A DNA stretch of 64,000 bases, from positions 451,501 through 515,500 of the forward strand of contig JACQJH010000001.1 of assembly GCA_016205145.1 (NCBI GenBank). Direction: 5' to 3'. Below the pieces are notes generated by a model, which had not been told where the DNA came from, searched no databases, and was given only the letters and a program-made list of their open reading frames with translations. Each line of letters starts with the position of its first letter. Within the stretch, counting starts at the first letter, position 1. This stretch comes from Candidatus Iainarchaeum sp. (GTDB lineage: Archaea > Iainarchaeota > Iainarchaeia > Iainarchaeales > JACQJH01). A program made the position numbers and the translations under genes. Shown here piece by piece: positions 17,188-26,959 of the stretch.

Positions 17188-18957
17188 ATGTGTGGAATCA
17201 TCGGCGTGAAAGGCCTGAACGGCTTCAATGAGGCGCAGCCTGCCATACTGTCGGGCCTGAAAAGCCTGGAATACAGGGGCTATGATTCCTGGGGAATTGC
17301 GCTGGAGCAGGCCGGCGGGTTTTTCGTTGAAAAGAAGGCCGGCAGGATTTCCGATGAAAAAGGCGTTTCCGAGATCCGGGCAGGCACGGGCATCGGCCAC
17401 ACTCGCTGGGCAACGCATGGAAAAGTCTGCGAGGCAAACGCGCATCCGCACCTTTCAAGGAACGGCAAAATTGCCGTGGTGCACAACGGCATAATCGAGA
17501 ACTATTCGGAGCTCAGGGAAACGCTTTCAGGCAACGGTTTCACTTTCGCATCGGAAACCGACACCGAAGTCGTTCCGCATCTGATTGAATCTTTCATGGC
17601 TGAACCCGGCAATGATTTTTTCGGCGCTGTGAGAAAGGCGCTGCTGCAGCTCGAAGGCAGCTTTGCAATCGTTGCAATGCACGCCGATTCCGATTCATTG
17701 GTTTGCGCGCGCAACGGCTCGCCCCTGCTTCTTGGAGTTTCGGATGACGCGCTTTTTGCGGCATCGGACATCACGGCTTTCCTTGGCCACACCAAAAACG
17801 CGGTTTACCTTGCCGACGGGGAAATGGCCCTGCTCTCTGACAGGCCGGAGGTTTTTTCCATTGCAACCGGCGAAGGCGTTCCGTTCAAGGTTGAAACCGT
17901 TGACTGGAACGTCGAGCAGGCGAAGAAGGGCAATTTCGCGCATTTCATGCTGAAAGAAATTTGCGAGCAGCCGCAGACAATCAGGCTTGCCATCGAGCAG
18001 GACAAGGCACTGCTTGACAAGGCAACCGGAATGCTGCGCGATGCTTTCGGCATCTTTTTTGTGGGCTGCGGCACAAGCTACCATGCCTGCGTTTCGGCGT
18101 CATACATGTTTTCCGGCATTGCGGGAAAGCACGTGAATGCCTGCCTTGCCTCGGAGTTTTCCAATTACACGGATTTCATCGGGCCGGGCGCGCTTGTCGT
18201 CGCGGTCTCGCAGTCCGGCGAAACCGCGGATTTGATTGACGCCGTGAAAACCGCAAAGCAAAAAGGCGCGAAGGTTTTGTGCATCGTGAACGTCATGGGC
18301 TCTTCGCTTTCAAGGCTCGGCGACGAAACCCTGATGATGAATGCCGGCCCTGAAATCTGCGTGCTGTCGACGAAAAGCTACACTTCACAGCTTGCAATCC
18401 TTCTGCTTCTGGCGTTTTCGCTTGCGGGCAAAGCACGGGAAGGCAGGGCGCTCATTCTGGATGCCGCGTCAAAAGTCAAAAAAGTCATTTCCGGAAACGA
18501 AAATGAAATCAAAAGGATTGCCGCCGCAACGAAAAACGCGAAAGACTATTTTGTCATTGGCAGGGACCTCGCATTCCCTTCCGCGCTTGAAGGCGCGCTC
18601 AAGATAAAGGAAGTCTCCTACATCCATGCCGAAGGCTTTGCCGGAGGGGAGTTGAAGCACGGCACAATCGCATTGGTCGAGCAGGGCGTTCCGGCAATAG
18701 TGTTTTCAACCGAAAAGACAAGGCCGCTCATCCTGGGCAATGCAATGGAAATAAAGTCGCGCGGCGGCATGATAATAGGCTTGGACTCGAAGCCGAACCC
18801 GCTTTTCGACCATTTCATTGAAGTGCCAGAAGTTTCGGAGGCAAACCCGATTTTAATGATTGTCCCAATTCAACTGCTTGCATATCATCTCGCATTGGAG
18901 CGCAATTGCGATCCGGACAAGCCGCGCAATCTCGCAAAATCTGTAACGGTGAAATGA
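17188..18957 (+). CDS. glmS: Glutamine--fructose-6-phosphate aminotransferase.
   Basis: MCGIIG N-terminal nucleophile, two SIS domains, and the conserved C-terminal VTVK. Confidence 0.92.
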   Translation: MCGIIGVKGLNGFNEAQPAILSGLKSLEYRGYDSWGIALEQAGGFFVEKKAGRISDEKGVSEIRAGTGIGHTRWATHGKVCEANAHPHLSRNGKIAVVHNGIIENYSELRETLSGNGFTFASETDTEVVPHLIESFMAEPGNDFFGAVRKALLQLEGSFAIVAMHADSDSLVCARNGSPLLLGVSDDALFAASDITAFLGHTKNAVYLADGEMALLSDRPEVFSIATGEGVPFKVETVDWNVEQAKKGNFAHFMLKEICEQPQTIRLAIEQDKALLDKATGMLRDAFGIFFVGCGTSYHACVSASYMFSGIAGKHVNACLASEFSNYTDFIGPGALVVAVSQSGETADLIDAVKTAKQKGAKVLCIVNVMGSSLSRLGDETLMMNAGPEICVLSTKSYTSQLAILLLLAFSLAGKAREGRALILDAASKVKKVISGNENEIKRIAAATKNAKDYFVIGRDLAFPSALEGALKIKEVSYIHAEGFAGGELKHGTIALVEQGVPAIVFSTEKTRPLILGNAMEIKSRGGMIIGLDSKPNPLFDHFIEVPEVSEANPILMIVPIQLLAYHLALERNCDPDKPRNLAKSVTVK

Positions 18958-18958
18958 G

Positions 18959-20347
18959 ATGGCGGAAGAAACTGCAATGAACGCAGGCACGCGGAAAAGG
19001 CGGCTGTTTGAAACCGACGGCATCCGCGGAAAGGCCAATGCCTATCCGATGACGCCTGAAATAGCGTTGCGCGTGGGCAAGGCTGTCGCAAAATATTTCC
19101 TTGAACGCAACGGAAAAACGAGCCACCGCATTGTCATAGGCAAGGATACGAGGCGTTCAGGTTACATGCTTGAAAACGCGCTTGTCTCAGGAATAGTTTC
19201 AATGGGCGCGAACGCCCTGCTTGTCGGGCCCATTCCGACCCCGGCGATAGCGCACCTGGCAAAGTCCCTGAACTGCGACGCCGGAATAATGCTTTCCGCT
19301 TCACACAATCCTGCCGAGGACAACGGCATAAAGATTTTTTCGGGGGAAGGCTTCAAGCTTGACGACAAAGTCGAGCTTGAAATCGAAAGGCTCATTTTTT
19401 CCGACATCGACGCCTCGCACATAACCGGAAACCTGGTCGGCGGGGCGAAAAGGATTGACGATGCCGCGGGCAGGTACATTGAATTCGTAAAGAATTCCAT
19501 TAACAACCAGCCCTTGGACGGCCTGAAAATCGTGCTTGACGTGGCGAACGGCTCGGCTTACAGGATTGCGCCGTGGGTTTTCTCGGAACTCGGCGCGGAA
19601 GTCATTGTCATGAACGATTCGCCTGACGGCATGAACATCAATGCAGACTGCGGTGCACTGCACGTGCAGGGCATGCTGGAAAAAGTAAAGGAAACCGGCG
19701 CAGGCATAGGCATTGCTTTCGACGGCGACGCCGACAGGATAGCGGTCTGCGACGAAACCGGAAAGGAAGTTGACGGCAACGCTTTGCTCGCCATTTTCGC
19801 GCTTGACCTTTCGGACAAGGGAAAGCTGAAAAACAATTGCGTCGTCTCGACGGTCATGGCAAACTCCGCCCTGACGGAACTGCTCGGCGGGCACGGCATC
19901 AGGACAGTCCATACGCCGGTCGGCGACAGGTATGTGATAGGCGAAATGCGCAGGGGAACATCAAATTTCGGCGGCGAGCCGAACGGCCACACTGTCTTTT
20001 TCGATTACAACACCACGGACGACGCAATGGTCGCGGCATTGCAGCTGCTTGCGATAATGAAACGGTCCGGCAAAAAGGTTTCCGAGCTTGCTTCGGTGCT
20101 CAGGCCTTTTCCGCAGGCGCTTGTCAATGTGAAGGTCCGCGAAAAAAAGCCTTTTGAAACCCTGCCCCGCGTGAAACAAAAAATCGCGGAAGCGGAAAAA
20201 TCTTTGGCAGGCAACGGCAAGGTTTTGGTGCGCTATTCGGGCACGGAAATGCTTGCCAGGGTTCTGGTTGAAAGCGGTTCCATGGAAAAATCCGAATCGC
20301 TCGCTGCTGGCATCGCAAACGTGATAAAAAATGAAATCGGCGCGTGA
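18959..20347 (+). CDS. glmM: Phosphoglucosamine mutase/phosphohexomutase.
   Basis: SASHNPAEDNGIK active-site serine loop and FDGDADR metal-binding loop. Confidence 0.88.
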   Translation: MAEETAMNAGTRKRRLFETDGIRGKANAYPMTPEIALRVGKAVAKYFLERNGKTSHRIVIGKDTRRSGYMLENALVSGIVSMGANALLVGPIPTPAIAHLAKSLNCDAGIMLSASHNPAEDNGIKIFSGEGFKLDDKVELEIERLIFSDIDASHITGNLVGGAKRIDDAAGRYIEFVKNSINNQPLDGLKIVLDVANGSAYRIAPWVFSELGAEVIVMNDSPDGMNINADCGALHVQGMLEKVKETGAGIGIAFDGDADRIAVCDETGKEVDGNALLAIFALDLSDKGKLKNNCVVSTVMANSALTELLGGHGIRTVHTPVGDRYVIGEMRRGTSNFGGEPNGHTVFFDYNTTDDAMVAALQLLAIMKRSGKKVSELASVLRPFPQALVNVKVREKKPFETLPRVKQKIAEAEKSLAGNGKVLVRYSGTEMLARVLVESGSMEKSESLAAGIANVIKNEIGA

Positions 20348-21014
20348 AAAACCGGTGATTTGGATGGCTGAACTGGCTGGGCAAAAAATCCGCGGGTTTT
20401 TGCGGCGGGTTGAAAAGGAAATCGCAAATGCAAAGAACGCCGAACTCGAATTCTGGAAACTCCTCGACGAGGCGGAAAAGCTTTGTGAAGGCATTCAGAA
20501 TGCAAGCGAAGGCGCGGTTGAGCAGAATGTTGTCGTGGAAGGATTGCTGTCCGTCGGAAAAGGCTCGGTTGTCAAGGCCGGCTCGCGCATCGAAGGCGAT
20601 GTTTTCATTGGCGGGAACTGCGTGATCGGGCCGAACGCGTACCTGCGCAAGTCTGTCGTAATCGGCGACAACTGCCATGTCGCAAACTCTGAAATAAAAA
20701 ATTCTGTCATACTGCATGATTCGAACGTCCCGCATTACTCTTACGTCGGCGACTCCGTAATTGGCGCGAACGTGAATCTCGGAGCGGGAACAAAGATTGC
20801 GAATCTGCGCTTTGACGACAAGAACATTTTCGTTGCGGTTGCCGGCAAAAAAACCGATTCCGGCAGGCGCAAGCTCGGCTGCCTCATAGGCAACAATTCG
20901 AAGCTTGGCATAAATTCCAGCGTCAACTGCGGCGTCATAATCGGCAACGGCTGTTTTGTCCGGCCGGGGAAAGTTGTGGAAAAGAACCTTGAAGATGGGG
21001 CAAAACTTGATTGA
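20331..21014 (+). CDS. Left-handed beta-helix (hexapeptide repeat) acetyltransferase. It is GlmU C-terminal-domain-like and has no nucleotidyltransferase domain.
   Basis: It carries repeated [LIV]GxxxxI hexapeptides (IGGNCVIGPNAYL..., IGANVNLGAGT...). Its start overlaps the glmM stop. Confidence 0.65.
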   Translation: MKSAREKPVIWMAELAGQKIRGFLRRVEKEIANAKNAELEFWKLLDEAEKLCEGIQNASEGAVEQNVVVEGLLSVGKGSVVKAGSRIEGDVFIGGNCVIGPNAYLRKSVVIGDNCHVANSEIKNSVILHDSNVPHYSYVGDSVIGANVNLGAGTKIANLRFDDKNIFVAVAGKKTDSGRRKLGCLIGNNSKLGINSSVNCGVIIGNGCFVRPGKVVEKNLEDGAKLD

Positions 21015-21026
21015 TTTTTTCGCGCC

Positions 21027-21371
21027 TCATCTTGTCTTGTATCCGAATTTCCGGCTGTATTTTTTGTGGTCGTACCACTCCAAAATGATGCTTACAACAA
21101 TTATTTCGTCCCTTGCCACTGAATAAATCAGCTGCCATCCTTTCGGCAGATTGTATTTCCAGCAGTTGTCTATTCCGTATTTCCTGAAATATTCCTTCGG
21201 AACCTGTTTTTTCGGCACCTGTATTCCTGAAAACGCGTTTTCCCGGATGTTTTCAAATGCCTTTTCCAAAAATCCGCTGAGCGCAAGGTCTTCAGTTGTC
21301 GAATGCCCCAATTCTTGGAATGCTATTTTTATTTTTTCATCCGCAAACCTGATTTTTGACGCAAGTTTCAT
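21027..21371 (-). CDS. RelE/ParE-superfamily toxin-like protein.
   Basis: The C-terminal WQLIYSVARDEIIVVSIILEWYDHKKY resembles the RelE beta-core. It overlaps the upstream gene by 4 nt. Confidence 0.45.
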   Translation of the reverse strand: MKLASKIRFADEKIKIAFQELGHSTTEDLALSGFLEKAFENIRENAFSGIQVPKKQVPKEYFRKYGIDNCWKYNLPKGWQLIYSVARDEIIVVSIILEWYDHKKYSRKFGYKTR

Positions 21372-21664
21372 TTTTTGTTTCCCCAGCCAAGGCTTTCCAT
21401 GGCGAGGTATTTTCTGGCAAGCGCCGGATTATAAATCCAGGCTATTTTTCGTTCCTTGTCGAGGGCAATCTTTCCCGAGTCCAGAAGATAGCCGATGGTG
21501 GTGCAGTATGTCTGGTACATCATTTTTTTCGGCAGTTTTTCCCACAGCATTCTTTTCCTGAATTCGCCTGAATGCGCTTTTATGACTTTTTCGACCATTA
21601 AGACCGTGTCCAATCGGGGATAGCGCGTGATTTGAACGGTTTCCGAAGCCACAAAAAGCACCAA
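21368..21664 (-). CDS. Small protein upstream of, and translationally coupled to, the RelE-like gene. It is a putative antitoxin or DNA-binding partner.
   Basis: Operon position and 4-nt overlap. No recognised motif. Confidence 0.3.
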   Translation of the reverse strand: MVLFVASETVQITRYPRLDTVLMVEKVIKAHSGEFRKRMLWEKLPKKMMYQTYCTTIGYLLDSGKIALDKERKIAWIYNPALARKYLAMESLGWGNKK

Positions 21665-21670
21665 TCCTTG

Positions 21671-21688
21671 TTATATCAGTTGATATAA
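21671..21688. promoter_or_regulatory. Perfect inverted repeat TTATATCA-GT-TGATATAA immediately upstream of the putative toxin/antitoxin operon. It is a candidate autoregulatory operator.
   Basis: 8-bp arms with a 2-nt spacer, located 7 nt 5' of the start codon complement. Confidence 0.35.
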
Positions 21689-21778
21689 TAAGTATTTTAA
21701 ACCGTTTCTCCTGGCGCCCGTGTGTAAGTGGGCGGAATGCGATGCGTTTGCGAAGGTGCCTGCAAACGGCTGTTCCGG

Positions 21779-24700
21779 TCAGTAGATTATTTCCTTGCCT
21801 TTCATCGCGTCCAGGAAAATCGTGCGGTTCTTTCCGTCATAGCTTTTCAGCCTTCCCTCGTATGCCGGCATGTAAACGGTTTCGATTTTTTTGACGACGA
21901 TCTTGCTCCACAGCCTTTTCAACGATTCCGCCGCCTGTTCCTTTGAAACGCGCGGGGCCTCGATTGCCACGGATTCCTGCTGTTTCAATGGCAGGCCGTG
22001 CAGCGAATTCATTATGGGGTGCAGCGGGTTTGCGGGCAAATCAACGCTCTCGTTTAGCCTGAAGGAAGTTTCATTGTTCGCGGTTTCAATTTTGATTATG
22101 TTCTTGTCCGCGAGGCTTTTCAGCAGCCTCCTGAGCCTGGCCTCGTCCATGCCGGTTTTCTGCATCAATGCTTCCAGGCCGGCCTTATCCTTTTTGAGAG
22201 CGTTGAAGAGAATCGCCTCGTTTTCGTTCAGCTGCGAAAATTCCTTGAATCCGCGTGACTCCAAAAACTCGTTTCCGGCATAGTGCAGGAATTCGCCGCT
22301 CAGGGAATTGACGTATGCCTCGCCGACATTGAAAATTTCCTTGGAGCCGAAATAGTTGAATTTGAACGCGAAAACGGGAATGAATTTGAGGTAAACGCTT
22401 TCCAGCATCTCCTCCTTTCCGAAAAATCCCAAAAACTTTTTTTGCCGCATGGCATTGAACGCTTTTCTCGCGGCTTCCTCATTGACCTGCACCGGAAACG
22501 CGAGCAGTTCCGGCGGTTCCTGCACTCCGGCTGCGGTTTCAGGTTTCGGCGCCTCTTCCTTCAAAACCTTCTTTTCGATTTCCTCCGCCTTTCTTGTCGC
22601 CTCTTCGAGCTTTTTCTCCATTTCCTCTTCGTAGCCGGGCACGCTCACGGTCTGCTTTTCGGAGTCAAATTCTATTCCCTTGCGGTCGAGCTGTTCCATT
22701 ATGTCCGATGGTTCAATGTTCGCCTTGAACTTGTTGTTGACAGTGTTTATGATCTGGCGGATTTTTTCAAGCTCAATCACGCCTTCCTTTTCAATTTTGG
22801 CGAGGCACATTTCCAATGCAAGCTTTTTCGCCTTCTCCGGATCCAGGTCCTTCGACAGTTCTGCGGTTTCAGCTTCCCTGCCTTCGTGCTGTGACATTCT
22901 CGGCCTGACCCTCATTACGAACGCCCTGCTTGTCTCCTCGCGCCTGTCGCCGGTAAGCGCGGTTCCAACGGGAAGCGTTTTGATGAACGTGGGCTTCCTG
23001 AATTTTTTTGGAATCAGGGTGGGAGTCCTCTTGAAAACGGATTTTATGTCGTCGTCGAAGACAAGCTTGTGCGTCATTATTATGTCAAGCTGTGACAGCA
23101 CGTGCGAGTCGATTGCAGACGGCTGTTGTGTTGCGAAGACAAGCGAGCAGCCGGGCTGGCGGCCCTGCTTCACATATTCTATGAGCGAAGTTGTCGCAGG
23201 CGTCTTGACGTTTCCGCTCGGAATGAGCGTATGCGCCTCGTCTATGAACAGCCATGTCGGCGGAATCTCAAGCTCCATCATTTCATCCGCATCAACAGTC
23301 TTGTGCCTGCTAGCCGCCTCACGCCTTGTGGTTTTTTTGCGCGCTGCAAGAATGCGCCTGCCAAGAATGCCTATGACCAGCGCGGAAACATTGTCCTCAA
23401 GGAAAGAGGTGTCGATGATTGTGAGCTGGTTTTCCATGCTCAGTTCGCCCAGAGGTGTGCCCTTATCGGAGAAAACGCCCCAGTTTTTTGCGGCGTCAAA
23501 CCTTGAAACCAGCGCCCTGATAGAATCGGGCTTGTAGCCCTTGTCCGAGGAATGCAGTTCCTTGTCGTTTTCAAGGCAGTTTATCAGGTCGTCAAGCGTG
23601 TAATTGCCTTTTTTTCCCGCAATTTTCGGTCCTTCCTTCTGCTCGTAGCCGCTTCTCACCTTTGAAATGACCTTTTCTATGAGCAGGCCGCTCGGCGAAA
23701 ACCTTTCAATGCCGAATGTGAGGCACCAGTCGTCGGTTGAAAGCAATGAGGCGTGCATGGAAAACGTCGCGTCAAACGTTCCGCCCGGCACCTGGTCCTT
23801 GACTCCCGCAGGAATGAATACCTTGAGGTTGTCCAAACCCTGCGGTGTCAGATCCCATTTTGCAAGCATGCCAATTTCCCTTTCATCCTTGTTCGGGAAC
23901 CTCATCGACCAGAACACGCCGATGGGGTCTATCACGATTATGCCGACGTTCTTGTTTTTGTGCGCCAGCTCTTCCGCGAGAACGCCCAAAACGTAAGACT
24001 TTCCGGATCCGCGGGCACCGTTCACGAAAATGACGTGCGGGTTGAGGCTGTCCACCAATACATTGAAATCGTTGAGTTCGGAGTCCTGCACTTTTCCGAC
24101 AAACAGGCCGGCTTCCTCGCCGTACTTTTCAAACAACGACTTTTTCCTGCCGATGAACGCAATCTTTTTTTTCTCGTCAGACAATAAGCTGAGTTCGAAC
24201 CTGCCGCCTTCCTCGTCTCTCTCCTTCTCTTTCTCGGTTTTCGCCTCGACCGGGTTTGGCTTGTGCTGGTCGGAATAAATGTCCGCTTCGCGGATGCCGA
24301 CTTCCTTGTCGAACGGCAGGAGTTCATCCTTCTGCGCGTAAATGGATGCCTTCTCCAGAATGACGTCCTTTATCTGCTGCTTGTCCTCTTCCTCCAAGGC
24401 GATTTGTTCAAGCTCGTCGTTCATTTCAAGGTCGTCAGCTGCCTGCTTTTTGGCCTTGACTCCCGCCGCATCTAAATCCGTTTCCGCGCCTTTTCCCGCC
24501 CTGCCTTCGCCGGCAATGCCATTCCCGCTTTCCTTTGCCGCGGCGTTTTGGGCGGGTTTTTGTTTCGCCTGCCTTTTCCTTTTCACGCGCTTTTCATCGG
24601 GCGCCGCGCTTTCAATAACGGTTTCGTTTTCGAACCCGGCTTTTTCGGCCGGAACGCCTTTTCCTTTTTCCGCTGTTTCCGGCGCGTTTTCTTCTGTTAT

Positions 24701-24904
24701 GTTTTCGCCTTCTTCGCCCGCGCTTTTCGCCTTTTTTTCGGCTTTTTCCTTCAGTTCAATGGTCTTTTTCTTCCTTGCCTCGCGCGCCGCCTTGCGCTCG
24801 TTGCTTTCGCCCAAGACCTCGTCGAAAATGTCCTTGTCGTCCTCGACAAAAGAGGTCTCAATGACCTTCTCGTCATCGCTTTCGCTGGCTTCGGCTTCAG
24901 GCAT
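21779..24904 (-). CDS. Large (1041 aa) HerA/DUF87-type P-loop ATPase. It has a roughly 260-aa acidic/Lys-rich disordered N-terminus and a roughly 400-aa C-terminal extension containing wHTH-like segments.
   Basis: Walker A FVNGARGSGKS. Walker B with DEAH (LFIDEAHTL). A VFATQQPS sensor-like motif. The rest is low-complexity E/K-rich. Confidence 0.65.
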   Translation of the reverse strand: MPEAEASESDDEKVIETSFVEDDKDIFDEVLGESNERKAAREARKKKTIELKEKAEKKAKSAGEEGENITEENAPETAEKGKGVPAEKAGFENETVIESAAPDEKRVKRKRQAKQKPAQNAAAKESGNGIAGEGRAGKGAETDLDAAGVKAKKQAADDLEMNDELEQIALEEEDKQQIKDVILEKASIYAQKDELLPFDKEVGIREADIYSDQHKPNPVEAKTEKEKERDEEGGRFELSLLSDEKKKIAFIGRKKSLFEKYGEEAGLFVGKVQDSELNDFNVLVDSLNPHVIFVNGARGSGKSYVLGVLAEELAHKNKNVGIIVIDPIGVFWSMRFPNKDEREIGMLAKWDLTPQGLDNLKVFIPAGVKDQVPGGTFDATFSMHASLLSTDDWCLTFGIERFSPSGLLIEKVISKVRSGYEQKEGPKIAGKKGNYTLDDLINCLENDKELHSSDKGYKPDSIRALVSRFDAAKNWGVFSDKGTPLGELSMENQLTIIDTSFLEDNVSALVIGILGRRILAARKKTTRREAASRHKTVDADEMMELEIPPTWLFIDEAHTLIPSGNVKTPATTSLIEYVKQGRQPGCSLVFATQQPSAIDSHVLSQLDIIMTHKLVFDDDIKSVFKRTPTLIPKKFRKPTFIKTLPVGTALTGDRREETSRAFVMRVRPRMSQHEGREAETAELSKDLDPEKAKKLALEMCLAKIEKEGVIELEKIRQIINTVNNKFKANIEPSDIMEQLDRKGIEFDSEKQTVSVPGYEEEMEKKLEEATRKAEEIEKKVLKEEAPKPETAAGVQEPPELLAFPVQVNEEAARKAFNAMRQKKFLGFFGKEEMLESVYLKFIPVFAFKFNYFGSKEIFNVGEAYVNSLSGEFLHYAGNEFLESRGFKEFSQLNENEAILFNALKKDKAGLEALMQKTGMDEARLRRLLKSLADKNIIKIETANNETSFRLNESVDLPANPLHPIMNSLHGLPLKQQESVAIEAPRVSKEQAAESLKRLWSKIVVKKIETVYMPAYEGRLKSYDGKNRTIFLDAMKGKEIIY

Positions 24905-25016
24905 GGAAAAACCAAGCTATATTGTGTGTTTTCATATATTTATGTTTTCTCTGCCGCGGCAAGAATTCTTAAATATTAGTTAAGGTTTTAGTAGGTGGGG
25001 TTGTCAAGGTAATTGA

Positions 25017-26894
25017 ATGTCCGCGTTTTCTTCTGATGAAACGGGCCAAGTCCCGGTAGCCTTGAAATTGCTCGCCGTGCTTGCCATCATCGCGTTCGTG
25101 CTTGCCCTTGTTTCATTGGGCCGGAACGGGCAGGCAAACCTTGCGGGCCGGTTTGCCGGAGCGCAAGCCGATTTTGGCGGAACATGCCTGTTCGGGGATT
25201 TTTTCTGCTTTTCCGGATCAGGCGGGGCGCAGGATTCATTCGAAGGGGATTCGGCTGTTTCCGGTTCAGGTTTCGATTATGCAAATGAGCCGGGCATGCC
25301 GGAAGCCGGCGGCGGTTTTTATGGCGGCTATGATTCCGGCGCGGCGCCGGAAGATTTTGGCGCCGGCCCGGAAACGGGTTCGGACCCTGATTATGGCGGC
25401 CAAAGAGGCGCGCCTTCCGGAAGCGGACTGCCGGAAATTTACGGTTCGGTCCAGCCGGCCGGCAGTTTTGGTGGCGTGAACGCCGGAAAAAGCGTTCTTG
25501 ACAGGGAAAGGCCGCCCGTCAGGATGCCAAAAAACCTGCCCCAGTCATCCGAAAAATCCGGTCCGAAAGCTGTTGCGGCCTCTTTTGAAAAGTATTCCTC
25601 GGACTATCCGCCAGAATGCAAAGAGCATTGCCCGTCGGTCACGGTTTTCTGTTTGCCGGAAGGCCAACTTGCGGATGAATGCGGTGAAGGCGCCACTGCC
25701 TGTGCGGATGAGGCTTCCTGTGAAATCAGCCTGCTTGATTCGGCCTGCGGGTCTGCGGGAATAAGCTCTGGAACATATCCTGCCGGTGAAATCGAGGATA
25801 TTTTGAACGATGCCAAGGAAAAGTCCGCGCCAGGGCCAGATGAGGCGGAGGACATTTGCACGCTGGAACACGAATTCAGGCACATCTGCGACCCTGATGA
25901 CAGGCCGCCCGGTTCCCGCCAGCAATGCACCGAAGTTTATGCCGAAGTCTACGAGGACAAGTGCATGAACGACTTTGCCGAGGCGAACTGCGGCGAAAAC
26001 CAGAATTGGACCGATGAGCAGTGCGGCGACCTTTGCGGCAGAATAGAGTACGGCAATTATGTGCGCAAGTGGGATGACTGCATGTGCCAGAATGCGGTTT
26101 CGGCAGAGGGCAAGTACAGCACCGGTTCAACCGGCTCATCCGACTGCTGTTCTTGCATAAGCCAGTGCACGGCCTATGGCGATAATATGGCGATGCCGCA
26201 GGCATGCATTGACAAGGGCTTTGTCAACCAGAAGGACGCCCAAAGCGCGTGCGCCGGCATTTCAAAAGCGGGAAGCGGCCACGGCTGCGACTATTGGAGC
26301 AGTGACGAGCACGACGAAGCCCAGATTTTCGGCCAGTGCGGCGGCCCCGGCATCTTTCTCGGCTGCTGTTCCGGTTACCCTTCCGGGCAAAACCCGTGGC
26401 CGGGAAACAAATGCGAAAGCTGTGACGCGCTTTTGGCATTGCAGGTTCCTGTCGGCGACGACGGAAAAACAGACTATGCCCTGCTTAAAACGCAGAGGCT
26501 TGAGGCGGTTGCAAAAGCCTGCAATGGCGCTCCCGCCAATTTCGATTCCGAGTTCAAAGACGGTTCCGATGGGCAGATATTGGAAGTTTGCGTGGTCTGC
26601 AACGACCCGTGCCGGCCCTGCTATCAGCAGGCGGGCGGAACAACATCTTCATGTTTTCCGAAAGGGCCTGCAGGCACTTGCGCCCCTGAAAAGGATGATG
26701 CCGCGCTTTTGGGCTTGATCAAAAACATTGCAAAGGGCAGCGGAGTCTGCGCAAATCCTTTGACGGCTTATATGACAAGCATGCAGGCCGGCCCGTACTG
26801 CGGCCAGGCGTGCTGTGCCGACTATAGCTGCCCACTCCCAGAATATGGCAACACCACTCCAGGCATTGCCGGATGCGTGCTCTGCGATAGTTAA
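25017..26894 (+). CDS. Membrane-anchored, extracellular, extremely Cys-rich protein (about 60 Cys) with a Gly/Asp/Ser/Tyr-rich disordered linker.
   Basis: N-terminal TM LKLLAVLAIIAFVLALVSL. A GSG/GGY-rich region. Then a dense Cys domain ending GCVLCDS. It is divergent from the HerA-like ATPase gene. Confidence 0.5.
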   Translation: MSAFSSDETGQVPVALKLLAVLAIIAFVLALVSLGRNGQANLAGRFAGAQADFGGTCLFGDFFCFSGSGGAQDSFEGDSAVSGSGFDYANEPGMPEAGGGFYGGYDSGAAPEDFGAGPETGSDPDYGGQRGAPSGSGLPEIYGSVQPAGSFGGVNAGKSVLDRERPPVRMPKNLPQSSEKSGPKAVAASFEKYSSDYPPECKEHCPSVTVFCLPEGQLADECGEGATACADEASCEISLLDSACGSAGISSGTYPAGEIEDILNDAKEKSAPGPDEAEDICTLEHEFRHICDPDDRPPGSRQQCTEVYAEVYEDKCMNDFAEANCGENQNWTDEQCGDLCGRIEYGNYVRKWDDCMCQNAVSAEGKYSTGSTGSSDCCSCISQCTAYGDNMAMPQACIDKGFVNQKDAQSACAGISKAGSGHGCDYWSSDEHDEAQIFGQCGGPGIFLGCCSGYPSGQNPWPGNKCESCDALLALQVPVGDDGKTDYALLKTQRLEAVAKACNGAPANFDSEFKDGSDGQILEVCVVCNDPCRPCYQQAGGTTSSCFPKGPAGTCAPEKDDAALLGLIKNIAKGSGVCANPLTAYMTSMQAGPYCGQACCADYSCPLPEYGNTTPGIAGCVLCDS

Positions 26895-26959
26895 GAAACC
26901 TGGCTGTGCGGCTTTGGCTTTTGGCAAGTTATCTTTAAATACTTTCCCGAAACCAATAT

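Noticed and set aside
22283-23537. Plus-strand ORFs (203 and 285 aa) inside the HerA-like ATPase gene
   Set aside because: They are Ser/Leu/Phe-rich low-complexity mirror frames of the E/K-rich coding strand.
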